This document shows, one piece after another, positions 41,000-52,590 of a stretch of 64,000 nt of DNA. The stretch comes from Heterodontus francisci. Lineage: Eukaryota. The translations under genes and the position numbers were made by a program. The DNA is taken from assembly GCF_036365525.1 (NCBI RefSeq), contig NC_090387.1:89941691-90005690 (forward strand), given 5' to 3'. Every line of letters starts with the position of its first letter. Positions within the stretch are counted from its first letter, which is position 1. The notes beneath the pieces are model-generated. The model saw nothing but the letters and a program-made list of their open reading frames with translations, did no database searches and had not been told where the DNA came from.

Positions 41000-43400
41000 G
41001 TGTGGCAGTGGCTCCTTCATGGAAGAGCAACAGTCCCGAGCCATGTGTCCCGCTTTTCCGCAGTTGTAACGGGATAACTCTTGTACCTTCCCGGAGTACT
41101 TTTTCGTCCTTCCACAGCGGCTACGGTTTTCTTTAGATGCGCAGCCATAGGGGTATCCACTCTCAGGGAGTCTCTTACTGCCTCATATGCGATTTGGGCA
41201 GTCTCAATTATATTAGCCTACTGTTGCTCTGTGTGGGTGGTTGTACCCATAGCCTTCTTCACCAGTGGTTGTGGTGGGCTTTTTTTATTATTCATTTCAT
41301 GGGATGTGGGTGTCGCTGAAAAGAACAACATTGGTTGCCCATCCCTAATTGCCCTTGGAAAGATATTGGTGGGCCGCCTTCTTGAACAGCTGCAGTTCAT
41401 CTGGTGCAGGTACACCCACAGTGCAGTTAGGGTGGGAGTTTCAGAATCTTGATCCAGCGACAGTGAAGGAACGATGATATATTTCCAAGTCAGAATGGTG
41501 TGTGGCTTGGAAGGGAACTTGCAGGTGGTGGTGTTCCCATGCGTCTGCTGCCTTTGTCCTTCTGGGTGGAAGAGGTGGCGGGTTTGGAAGGTGCTGTCCA
41601 AAGAGGTGTGGTGAGTTGCTGAAGTGTATCTTGTATATGGTACACACTGCTGCCACTGTGCCTCAGTGGTGGAGGGAGTGAATGTTTAAGGTGACGGATG
41701 GATTGCTGATCAAGCGGGCAGCTTCGTCTTGGATGGTGTTGAGCTTCCAGGAGCCACACCCATCCAGGCAAGTGGAGAGTCTTCCATCACACTCCTGACT
41801 TGTGCCTTGTCGATGATGGACTGGGGAGTCAAGAGGTGAGTTATTCACCTAAAAATTCCCAGTAGCTGACCTGCTGTTTTAGCCACAGTATTTATGTGGC
41901 TGCTCCAGTTCAGTTTCTGGTCAATAGTGCCCCCCCAGGGTGTTGATAATGGGAAATTCAGTGATGGTAATGTCGTTGAATACCAAGGGGAGATGGTTTG
42001 ATTCTCTCTTGTTGGACATCATCAGTGCCTGGCACTTGTGTGGCACGGATGTTACTTGCCACTTCTCCGCCCAAGCTTGAATATTGATAGAATGGTGCAA
42101 AAAACATAGTTCTAAATTGTACATGTTCCCTCCCATATGCAGCAGGAGCCCTTTTCTGGCATTGTTCGTACAGGTCATACAATCGATTGGCAAACACTTT
42201 TAGTTTCTCATCCTTCTCCTGTAGAGTCTGACCACATAATTCTATGAGGTTCTGATTCAGAATATCTAAATGATCAAGGACAGCCTGAATATCATCCTTG
42301 GAGGTCGCGCCTTCTTCACAAACATCTGCATCATAATTGGCCTTAATTTTGGTCACCAAAGACCTAAAAAGGATGCTTTTAAGGTCTCCCTCCTCTAATT
42401 CGGGGTGAATTCGTCTGAAGATAGCCCACCGCTTGTTCACAGCGATCGCATTTTATCCGTCCCATATGGCCCTATTTCCTGAGCCAAGTACTCTGCATCA
42501 GAGTGGGTCAAGGGCCTTGACTCCGTTATGGTCTTCTCATTATTACAGCTTTCACCTCCTCATTTCACAAATAATGCCACTTCTGAAAGTCAATTGTCCC
42601 ATTTTTCTGAGTCTCAAACCTCTCACTTTCTCACCTCAACTCTCCCCAATCTACCTCTCCACTATCCTCACAAGAGGCCAGGATGGTGCCTCCCGCTGTT
42701 ACTGCAGACACAATTGCCTGTTGCTTTCCCAATTTTCCCGGTAGCTTGTAAATTCTTGTAAATTTTGAGGCGGCACTGTAAGTAATCCACAACCTATTGA
42801 GGTTTGCTCATCACTTCTCTGAGCGCCCTACTAGCATCTTCCAATTCTCTCTTAAATATTAATTCTCTTCCTTTTGATGTTTTAACTGGTTTTTAGTTTC
42901 CGGAGCATCAATCCAACAGCACCAGCATTCAGGTTATAGACATGTTGCTGCTACTGCAACAAAGCAGTAATCTGCTGGTTACACAGTTCCAAATCTCAAA
43001 CCCACTGGTTCAGTCTCTCTATCTCTTGATCCTATTGGTTAACGGACTCTTGGATCTGTTGATTCAACCGCTCTAATTCCTGATATTTTTGGTTAATAGT
43101 TTAATCATCTCTCTGTGCGCAAACGTTCTTGACTTTTAACTTTTTCTAACCTATCCTACCTTGAATAAACTCTATGACATCCCTATATGGCTTCCGATCG
43201 CCCGCATTCAGGCATCCAGGCATTAACTCCTGTATCTTATTGATAGGTAACGTATCTAACGTTTCCTCGAGCACCTGTTTGATGTCTTTGAATGACATAA
43301 TGTACTATATCTATTCTCTCATAAGTGCCTTTGGTCACTGGAGAGAGGGTCTATTAGGGTTCTCACGTTCAAATAAGATTCCCATCCTGAGACCCGTATC
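41000..43400 (-). pseudogene. gag: gag remnant (capsid-like), split by a LINE insertion; boundaries approximate
   Basis: ORF 41958-42440 has a major-homology-region-like QEKDEKLKVFANRLYDLY; it lies between the PBS and pol. Confidence 0.6.
41280..42085 (-). mobile_element. 3' fragment of a CR1/L2-group LINE (same family as 53060-55840)
   Basis: NIQAWAEKWQV, KLNTIQDEAARLI; 3' end ACATCCCATGAAATGAATAATAAAAAAA on the minus strand. Confidence 0.85.
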
Positions 43401-43660
43401 ACAGTTGCTCTTTTCATTCCAGCTTTCATTTTTCTACCCCTGAGCAGCACTAACACTGAGCAGATACTGGAAATTGTGCCAGCAAGGGAAGGAATGAACG
43501 CTGAGGAGAGAGTTCACCATGAGTGGTCTCTGCTACTTGCTGGCGGCTAATGGAATGCAGCGCCATACTCTCTCTCTCCACTCCAAGGCAGGCGAATGAA
43601 AATCAGATAGATCACCCAAACATTCTGCCAAACAAAATAAACATCACAACAACCTTTGCC

Positions 43661-43795
43661 AGTTCTGATGAAGGGTCACTGACCTGAAACGTTAACTCTG
43701 GTTCTCTCTCCACAGATGCTGCCAGACCTGCTGAGTATTTCCAACATTTCTTGTTTTTATTTCAGATTTCCAGCATCCGCAGTATTGCGCTTTTA
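43661..43795 (+). mobile_element. Penelope-like pLTR copy with a minimal hammerhead ribozyme core at 43661-43697
   Basis: AGTT-CTGATGA-A-GGGTCactGACCT-GAAA-CG-TT-AACT followed by the conserved family body. Confidence 0.72.
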
Positions 43796-43875
43796 TCCCA
43801 CCCTGAGACCCGTGTTGGCTGGACTTACTAATCTTGAGGTTTTATTTCTCTCAAAATGGTTCACAACCTAGTCCT

Positions 43876-43893
43876 GTCCCATCTGGGTCATCA
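43876..43893 (-). promoter_or_regulatory. Primer-binding site, tRNA-Arg(CCG)-like
   Basis: Plus strand GTCCCATCTGGGTCATCA versus the vertebrate tRNA-Arg(CCG) 3' end GTCCCATCTGGGTCGCCA as recalled (16/18); adjacent to the 5' LTR. Confidence 0.75.
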
Positions 43894-43901
43894 CTGGAAC
43901 C

Positions 43902-44496
43902 TGTAATCTGTTAACTGTAAGGAGTTAACCCCTTACAACAGGTTTGGATGTAACAAAAGTTCAGTTGTGAATTTACTTTATTGAGACAAAGTCAGAAAAA
44001 AATTAAGTTTTATTCAAACTAAAACAATAAGTTCATTAGCGATTTACAGTCTAACGTTGGCTTTATACTTCTCATATTAGTTCTGGATGGAAGAGTGCAC
44101 GTCTTTTCCTTGCAGCTTTTCGTCTCGGTCTTCAGATTTCTCTCTCTCTCCTTGACTTCTTGGTTCTTGTCTTTACTGCTGCATGGACTTGATCAAGAGG
44201 GTCGGTTTTATCCTGATTCTTATTCAATTAACTCCTCCTAGTTCCCAATCATGCGCATCCCTATGGTGATTCACTGTTCATCAGTGTCTCATTTTCAGCT
44301 ATCTCAGTCTGCTTGATTTCTTCAGTCGCTTATCTTTTATCAGCCCCAGAACATTTTATGTTTTCAGTCTACACATGCAGTTAAAGTCTGCAAGGTTTTT
44401 TGTTTTACACACATGGTTTGAAGCTTATCCTTACTTCTGGTAACTCCTCCAACTTGACATTCGTTTAAAGTATGTCCCACTAAGAAATTTCCCACA
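43902..44496 (-). repeat. 5' LTR of the provirus
   Basis: Colinear with 37896-38561, with many substitutions and indels. Confidence 0.9.
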
Positions 44497-44972
44497 GTTG
44501 GTGAAATATGTCCCAGGATGCTAAGGGAAGCAAGGGATGAAATAGCGGAGGCTCAAACCATCATTTTCCAATCCTGTCTGGCTATAGATGTACTGGATGC
44601 TGGAAGTCTGCCAGCATTGAACCATTGTTAAAAAGGTAGAAAAGTAAAGCCTGGGTAATTATAGACTAGTCAGCCTAACCTTAGGGGTGGACACATTGTT
44701 GGAAAACAAGTTGAGAGGTAGTATAACTCATAATTAATCAAGGATAGTCAGCATGGATTTGTTAAGGAACGGTCTTGTCTGACTAAATTGACCACATTTT
44801 TTAAGGAAGTAGCAAGGAGGGTTGATGAGGGTAGCAGATTTGATGTATTCTTCATGAATGTTAGCAAGACTTTTAACAAGGTCTGACATGGCAGACTGAT
44901 CAGTAAGTTAAAAGCTTCCTGCCACGGAGCCAATTTTGGAACCAATTTGTCACTTTCCCTTAGATCCAAGGG

Positions 44973-45590
44973 AACATACGAACGTACGAATTGAGAGCAG
45001 GAGTAGGCCACTCGGCCGCCCGAGCCTGCTTCGCCATTAATAAGTTCATGGCTGAACTGATTAGTCACATTTCCACCTACCCCCGATAACCTTCCACCCC
45101 CTTTCTTATCAAGAATCTATCTACCTCTGCTTTAAAAAGATTCAAAGACTCTGCTTCCACTGCCTTTTGAGGAAGAGAATTCCAAAGACTCACGACATTC
45201 TGAGAGAAATGATTTCCTAAATGGGCGGACCCCTTATTTTCAAACAGTGACCGCTAGTTCGAGATTCTTCCACAAGGTGAAACATCCTTTTCACATCCCC
45301 CTGTCAAGACCCCTCAGGATCTTATATGTTTCCAGCAGACACAAGTCTAGCCTGTCCAATCTTTCCTCATAAGACAGTCCACCCATTCCAGGTATTAGTC
45401 TAGTAAACCTTCTCTGAACTGCTTCCAACGCATTTTCATCCTTCCCTAAATAAGGAGACCAGCACTGCACACAGTACCCAAGATGTGGTCCCACCAATGC
45501 ACTGTATAGCTAAAACATAACCTCCCTATTTTTGTATGCTGTTCCCTTGCAATAAATGATAACATTCTATTAGCTTTCCTAATTACTTGC
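44973..45590 (-). mobile_element. CR1 3' fragment with (TATGTTC)-type tail
   Basis: PHLGYCVQCWSPYL..QRRFTRLIPGM..YEERL on the minus strand. Confidence 0.85.
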
Positions 45591-46386
45591 ACAATATCAA
45601 TGTATTGCTGTGGTGGCCTGAAAAGTGACCAATGCAATTCAAACCAGAGAAATGTGAGCTCCTGCATTTGGGGAGGAAAAACAAGGCAAGGGAGTATACA
45701 CTAAATGGTAGGATTCTGAAAAGTGTAGAGGAACAGAGGGACCTTAGAGTGTATGTCTACAGATCCCTGAAGGTAGGAGGACAGGCAGAGAGGTGATCCA
45801 GAAAGCATATGGAATATTTTCCTTTATTGGCTGAGGCTTAGAGTAGAAGAGCAGGGAGTTTATGCTAGAACTGTATAAAACGCTAGTTAGACCTCGGCTG
45901 GAGTACTGTGCCGAGTTCTGGTCACCACATTACAGGAAGAATGTGATTATACTAGAGGGTAAGGAAGAGATTTATGAGGATATTGCCAGGAATGGAAATT
46001 TTAGCTTTGAGGAAAGATTTGATAGGCTGCCTGTGTTTAGTTCGATCAGAGGAGGCGGAGGGGAGATTTAATTGAGGTGTATAAAATTATAGGCGAAATT
46101 TTATTAGTGCACCACACTTCACAGCGGCATGCTTTGAACTCAGCAGCATGCCCGCACTGAGCGGCCACCACCGAGCACCCGCGATATTACACACAGGGGC
46201 TCATTAGCAACACTACGTTGTGACCCCCCTACGTGGGGAGAGGTGGGACATCCGGCACAGTGAGGGACCTTTTGACAGCTATGCAGCAGGTGCTGGAGCC
46301 CTATTTAAAGTGCCCTAGCACCTGCTTCCTGACATCTGCCAAAGAAATACATATCTCACTGTTGAAGAATGGGGCTGCTGTCAATC

Positions 46387-46702
46387 TGGTAGCAAAGCAG
46401 AAAGGGCCGGAGAAACTCAGCAGGTCAGGCAGGATCTGTGGAGAGAGAAGCAGAGTTAACGTTTAGGTCTGTGAACTTGGTCAAGTTAACTCTGGTGCAA
46501 ACTCTATGCTAGCAGCCTGACTGGAGGAAGGCTGCTGATCTCTTTGCCCTTTGGCTGTGGAAGACGTTGGTGGTCGTTCCCTATGCACACTCTGCAGAGT
46601 TAACCTGACCAAGTTCACATACCTGAAAGTTCACTCTGCTTCTCTCTCCACAGATGCTAGCTGACCAGCTGAGCTTCCCCAACACTTTCTGTTTTGCTGC
46701 CA
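46387..46702. repeat. Foldback of two inverted Penelope-like pLTRs (~105-bp arms) around a ~100-bp spacer
   Basis: 46387-46494 is the diverged reverse complement of 46595-46702. Confidence 0.85.
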
Positions 46703-48539
46703 CATACATACCCTGCTGTGTCCCAGTGTCCTGTAAAGTTGTGATCCTCTTCTCCCACTCAAGTGTAGCATTCCTTCATGTGGGCGTGTTGCACCTGGGT
46801 GAAGAATCTTAATTTCACACATTCCAGGACGTGAGAATTAAATGTACCATAAAAGACAAATACACAACAGAAATAAACCAGACTTGAAGAACATTTACAT
46901 ACTATGGGCTTCTAATCATCTGACTGTGAAAAGCCACAGACTAATATGCATTTGGAATCTGTATTTATTTCTCTGCTAACTGTTATGTGGAAATGCATGG
47001 AACTACAATGAAACGATGTTTGCAAAATGAAACAGGAAAATCTGTGCATATTCTGGCTGCATTGCCAACTAGAAACATTACACCAATAATTATGATCAGC
47101 TGCTGCAGAAGCAAGGTGTTTGCGAACATGTGTTGATGTGTAATAGTTGAAAAACCATGACAACAGCAGATTTCCTCACAACCCTGCATCGGTTTTCAAA
47201 CATGTGCAAGACAAACCTTGCAGACAGAAGTTAGAGCAGTTACATGGTGGAGTCACCTTTGCATTTAAAGGACCACACCAAAAAACGAGTATGACAGAGG
47301 ATGGCGCCATAGTTCAGTAAAACCTCCCCGCTCACTTTCCTTCAGGTTTTGCAGGAAAGGCGGGTTGTCCTTTTCCCCAGCGATGGTAAGAAGAGGACCT
47401 CCCACCTGAACAGGCCAGTCCAGCTTGAAGGGGGTAAACGAGCACTCCCCCATTCAGCCTGGGCCCTCTAGGCCTCATGTACACAGGGTACGACGACCAA
47501 CATTTTCCACAGCCAAAGGGCAATCAGATCAGCAATCTTCCTCCACAGGCTGCGAGCACAGAGGTTTCACCAAGAAGGGGCACTCGCAAATGTTTACAGA
47601 CAACACACTGACACAAATGAGAATGCATGGGTGTCACATCAATGTAACTATGTCTTTTGCTGAATGTTCTCCACCAACATGTGTCTCCTTTTCTCTGTGT
47701 GAATGATGTGTGCCAGCATGTAGCGCAAATGTCACTACCCTTTGCACTGTTGGCCCTTCAGGAGAGACAACGTATGCAATAACATCATTGCCATGCCACC
47801 ATTATTCATGAGCGTCTTCATGGATGCAGTGACATGGACATTGGCTCAGTCTTCTGCTGTCTCTCATGGTTCAGACAAAAATGTTGCAGATGCGGACTGG
47901 TGCACAGCAGGTGAGCGAGGTGATGTGTGGCTTGCAGAGCTCATGTTGGTTCCTATGGAACAGAGAGCCTTTGTTTGACAAGCCACTGCCGTACATCCCT
48001 AGTTCACTGCTAGCCCTGCATGCAGAGCCTGGGTGCCATTTGCCCTCCTGCGTGCCTTTCCTGTTGTGGGTCCTCAGTGGCCTCATAGTCTGAGAAGGAA
48101 TCCTGTTGATGTCTCTCCTCATCATGCCGGTCCTGCCCCCTATTGGGTGAGTAGTCATGCATAGCCTAGAGAGCAGCAAAGAAAGGAGCTGGCCTTTCCG
48201 GCCCATAGTACAGGACATCATCCTGTCTATCCAGGCATTGGAAGTCCCTTTTCAGCATGCTGATCGCCTGCTCAATGGTGCCTCTTGTAGCTCAGTGGTT
48301 GGCGTTGTATATCTCCTCTGCAGCCGTGTTGGAGTCTCTCACTGGTGTTGGGAGCCATGTCTGCAAGGGATAGCTCTTTTCTCCAAGAAGCCACCCCTCC
48401 ATCTGAGCAGTGGCATCTGGATCTGGCGCAGGGCCCAGGTGTCATGGCAGCTGCATGAGAAGCCGGCACAGATTTGCATGAAGTATCTCTGGTGATCACA
48501 TATCAGCCTCACCTAGATTGAGAGGATTCTTTTAATAGT

Positions 48540-48960
48540 GACATCTGCAGGTGGTAGCCTGGCGGGAGGCCTAATGGCCACATGGGTGCAGTCTATGACC
48601 ATTACAACCTATGGTACTCCGGCAGTGGTGCCAAAACCAATCGGCCTCTGGACCTGGCTGTGAGAGACCGTCCTGAAGTGGACATACTCACTGGCCCTCC
48701 GGTGCAGGGCATCAGTGACCTCCCTGATGCAGCGATGCATTGCTAACTGCATGATCCCACAAAGGTCTCTGGTGGGCCTCTGAAAAGCTGCATAGGCATC
48801 AAGCCTAAGAACCGCTGCCACAATGAGGACCACAGGCATGGCATGTCCACCGAAGCCCATGGGCTGCAGGTCATCCTTGTCACCACTCTCTCTATATGCA
48901 CAATCGCTTCTGACACTGGTGATCTGACATCTGATAGCATGTCATGTGGGGCCTATAGAT
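48540..48960 (-). pseudogene. Harbinger (HARBI1-like) DDE transposase fragment
   Basis: FQRPTRDLCGIMQLAMHRCIREVTDAL...GFGTTAGVP..VIDCTHVAIRPP. Confidence 0.85.
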
Positions 48961-50424
48961 GCACGGCGACCGTAATGGCGAGCTCTCCTTGGGGCCAGCT
49001 GCTCACACCCAGGGGCCTCTAATGTGGACCACACCTGCCTGTTGATTTTGCCTCCGGCCAGCGCATACAGATCCTCAGGAGAAACGGACCACACAATGTC
49101 GGATGATCCATAACCATTTCTATGTGATGAACAAAGTTGTATCCTTCAGTTATTCGAAGGTTCCGAACAGGGCAGTGATTGGTGTTGACGGGTACATCAG
49201 GTGCTTTCATGGATCAACTATGTGGTGTGGCATGTCATTGTTCATCTTGGCTAACACTCCGAGTGGCACAACATGACCACATCAAGTTCCTACCAGCTGC
49301 ATCGATTGCCCCGCACCATCCATATAACCTTAATGCTCCTACCCATTCTGACACACTCCCCACTTACATGCCATTACTCCTTCACACACACAAGCAAATG
49401 CAGAGTGTACACTGTTTACGGAGGGAGAGTACACAGTACCTCCGTAAACAGTGTACACAGTACCTCCCTTCATGCCTGCAGAGCTCTCCCTCCAGTAATC
49501 TCAGACCCACTCCCTCCTCCTTCCAGTATGGAGAGCTGAGACCCCTGTAATCCCCCCTCCCTTCTCCCTTCCAGAACGCAGAGCTGAGACCCCTGACAGT
49601 TCACAGTCCAGTACTCCTGCTTCTGCTGTCCCATCGGCTTTTCCGTTTATGACTGCCGCCCATTCTAAATAAAATGCGGAAGTGTGGAGCGAGGGCGGCG
49701 GGATGCATAAGCTGGACAGGTAAGTAGGGTTGACATGTTTTAATTGGGGTGCCGCCGCTGAGTGGTGGGGAGCCGCACTGAGGTCCCCTGATGCCAGTAG
49801 TATGCGGAGGGCCGCTCTCGATGTCAGGGTTGGAGACGGGCCTCTCCCCGCAGAATTTTACGGGCCCCCCGCCATGACCCATGGCGTCGAGAGACTCGTA
49901 AAATTCAGTCCTATGAATGGCCTAGGTGGTGATTAGGAAGGACCTATTTATTTTAGCAGAGAGGTTAATAAACAGGGGGCATAGATTTAAAGTGATCAGT
50001 GGAAGGATCCACCAGGTAAGCAGCTGAGTTTAAGAAAATGGAAGAGTTCACCATAGAGTTGGTTGCTGGGTTGAGGGAGCAGGTTTTCTAGAACTGAAGT
50101 TATGGATCAAAAGGCAATTTTTCTGTCCTTATGCCCTGCCTATAGTAATATTACAAAATGCAGAAACATGCATCGAGACCGCAAAAATATTCTGAGAACC
50201 AGGTAGAAAAATGAACTCCTTCTTGATGGCTCTGTTAAACAGACTGGTTGATGATGATCATAGCACTCACCAAGAAATATCCCGGACTATATATATACTG
50301 GATATCAGTGACCAGAATATCTCCTCCTCACTTACTCATACAACCTCCAGCAATGCATCTGTCAACTATCATACTGAACACCATGGAGGTGATGGTCAAA
50401 GGCAATCTCAGCCTCATTAGGGTG

Positions 50425-50524
50425 TGATGAAAGGTCACTGACCTGAAACGTTAACATTACTTCTCTCTCTACAGATGCTGCCAGATCAGCTGAGTATTTC
50501 CAGCATTTCATGTTTTTATTTCAG
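50425..50524 (+). mobile_element. Penelope-like pLTR copy with hammerhead core remnant and ~14-bp TSD
   Basis: TGATGA-A-AGGTCactGACCT-GAAA-CGTTAAC; flanked by tcagcctcattagg (50408-50421) and tcagcttcattagg (50521-50534). Confidence 0.75.
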
Positions 50525-50869
50525 CTTCATTAGGCCATCCATGGCCAGTTTCTCATCAAGTCCGTTTCCCTTAGAATGACCACAGTAAATGAGGTTCATC
50601 AGTAAAGCAAGGAAGCTGCATGTAACCTCATAGTTAACATTGGAAGAGGTGCCACTGATTGCACTGGAAGATGTGACGAAAGTGTATTGATGCCATATTT
50701 ATATGGTAAGAACATTGGTAAGGCTATCAACAATCCATGTCATGGAAAGGTACCTTTCATTAAATACATCTGAGGGATTCTGACTCCTGTAATTATGGAA
50801 GTAACATCAGATTACACTAAACCAGTGCCAGTTCATGTTCAGCAAGAACATCCTGCTCTATGTGGATAA

Positions 50870-52590
50870 TGTAATCTACTATCTCTACAGCCAACTCTTT
50901 CATCATTCTGGGATGTAGATAAGCAGGTTCAGGGGATTTACTAACTTTCAGTTCCATTAATTTCTCCGGTACTAGTTTTAGTGTAATACTTTTTTTTCAG
51001 TTCCCAATTCTCGCTAGTTCCTTGGCTCTCTAGTATTTCTGGGAGGTTGTCTTTATATCTTCCTCCGTGAAGATAGACACAATGGTCAGAGGTGGGGAAC
51101 CCATAGAATCACGACAGGTGGCAGATGATGGCGGACCGGTTTCCAAGCGATCTTGCTAGGGGCAGGAGAAGGCTGACGCTGACCGTCCCACACAGAGGGC
51201 AACTGAGGCCTTTAAGTGGCCTATTAACAGCCGCTTCAGGGCCTGTTTGCACTACCATGGGGGGTTCTCCACCACAGGGGGAGGCAGCCTTGTACAACTA
51301 GGCACCCTTCTGTGGGCTTGGGGGGGGGGGGGGGGATAGAGGGAGGAGAGGGGGTGGGTCCAGGGGGCGGGGTCATGGAAAGGCCGAGGTGTGGCTCCCC
51401 CGCCTTTTCAGCCTGGTGTCAGGAGCCCTGCCTTCTACACAAAATCCAGCCCAAAGTATTTCTTTAGTTTCTACACCATTTCCCATTACAATTTTCCTGT
51501 CTCTGCCTGTAATGGGCTCACATTTATTTTTGTTAATCTTTTCCCATTTACATACCGAGAGAAGCTTTTACAGTCCATTTTTATGTTTCTTGCGAGTTTA
51601 CTTTCATATTCTATTTTCCCTTTCTTTATCAGTTTCTTGGTCTGCCTTTGCTGAATTCTAAAATGCTCCCAGTCCTCAGGCTTGCTACTTTATTTGGCAA
51701 CTTTATAAACCTCTTGCTTTGATCTAATGCAATCTTTAACTTTTCATGTTAGCCATGGTTGCATGACTTTTCCTGTTGGATTTTTGTGCCTCAAAGGAAT
51801 GTATATTTGTTGTAAACCATATATTAATTCTTTAATTGCTAGCCATTGCCTGCCTATCATCATACCTTTTAATGTAGTTTCCCAATCTACACAGCCAACT
51901 TGCCTTGCATACCTTTATAGTTTATTTTGTTTATATTTAAGACCTAGTTTCAGATTGAACGGCATCATTTTCAAACTTAATGTAAAATTCTATCATTTTA
52001 TGGTCACTCTTCCCTAAAGGCCCCTTTACAATGAAATTATTAATTAACCCTTTCTCATTGCACAATACCAGATATAAAATAACCATTTCTCTAGTTGGTT
52101 CTTCAACATTATGTACTAGAAAACCATCTCGTATACATTACAGGAATTTGTGCTCCATAGCAATAGAGCACATTAGGTTTACCCAGTCTATATGTAGATT
52201 GAATTCCCCCATGATTACTGTATTACCCTTATTACATGCACCTCTAATATTACCACTACTGTTCTGTGGCCTATAAATAACTCCCATCAATGTTTTCTGC
52301 CCCTTGCTGTTTGTTACCTCCACCCAAACTGATTCTCCATCATGAACTAATAATCTGAGATCCTCTCCCACTAATGTACTTATCTCCACCCCACTTCCTT
52401 TTCCTTTTTTCCGATCCTTCCTAAATGTCGAATACCCGTGAATATTCAGTTCTCAGCTTCGGTCACCCTGCAGGCACCTCTCTGTAACGGCAATTAGCTC
52501 ATACCCGTTTACTTCTGTTTGTGGCGTCAATTCATCTGCCTCATTGCGAATACTGCGTGCATTCAGATAGAGTGCCTTTAATTTTGCCTG
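50870..52590 (-). mobile_element. Decayed CR1 LINE (APE region), interrupted by a MITE fragment at ~51083-51452
   Basis: ESVWVEVTNSKGQKTLMGVIYRP..GEFNLHIDW; MITE end aaaatccagccc at ~51441-51452. Confidence 0.8.

Larger units (their letters stand above)
37896..44496 (-). mobile_element. Decayed endogenous retrovirus / env-bearing LTR element, pol largely deleted
   Basis: Paired LTRs, tRNA-Arg PBS, PPT, gag, integrase C-terminus and env remnants in the correct order on the minus strand. Confidence 0.9.
46091..49911. mobile_element. Decayed PIF/Harbinger transposon (TSD TAT) with convergent Myb/SANT-like and transposase remnants
   Basis: tat|aggcgaaatttt ... aaaattcagtcc|tat; plus strand 47301-47415 MAP*FS..LQERRVVLFPSDGKKR (Myb/SANT-like); transposase on the minus strand. 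Confidence 0.8.
36612..50010 (+). mobile_element. Old CR1 host element fragmented by nested insertions (pieces ~36612-36927, 37855-37889, 44497-44920, 45600-46090, 49912-50010)
   Basis: The pieces follow the ORF2 order when the solo LTR, provirus, inverted CR1 and Harbinger are removed. Confidence 0.75.
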
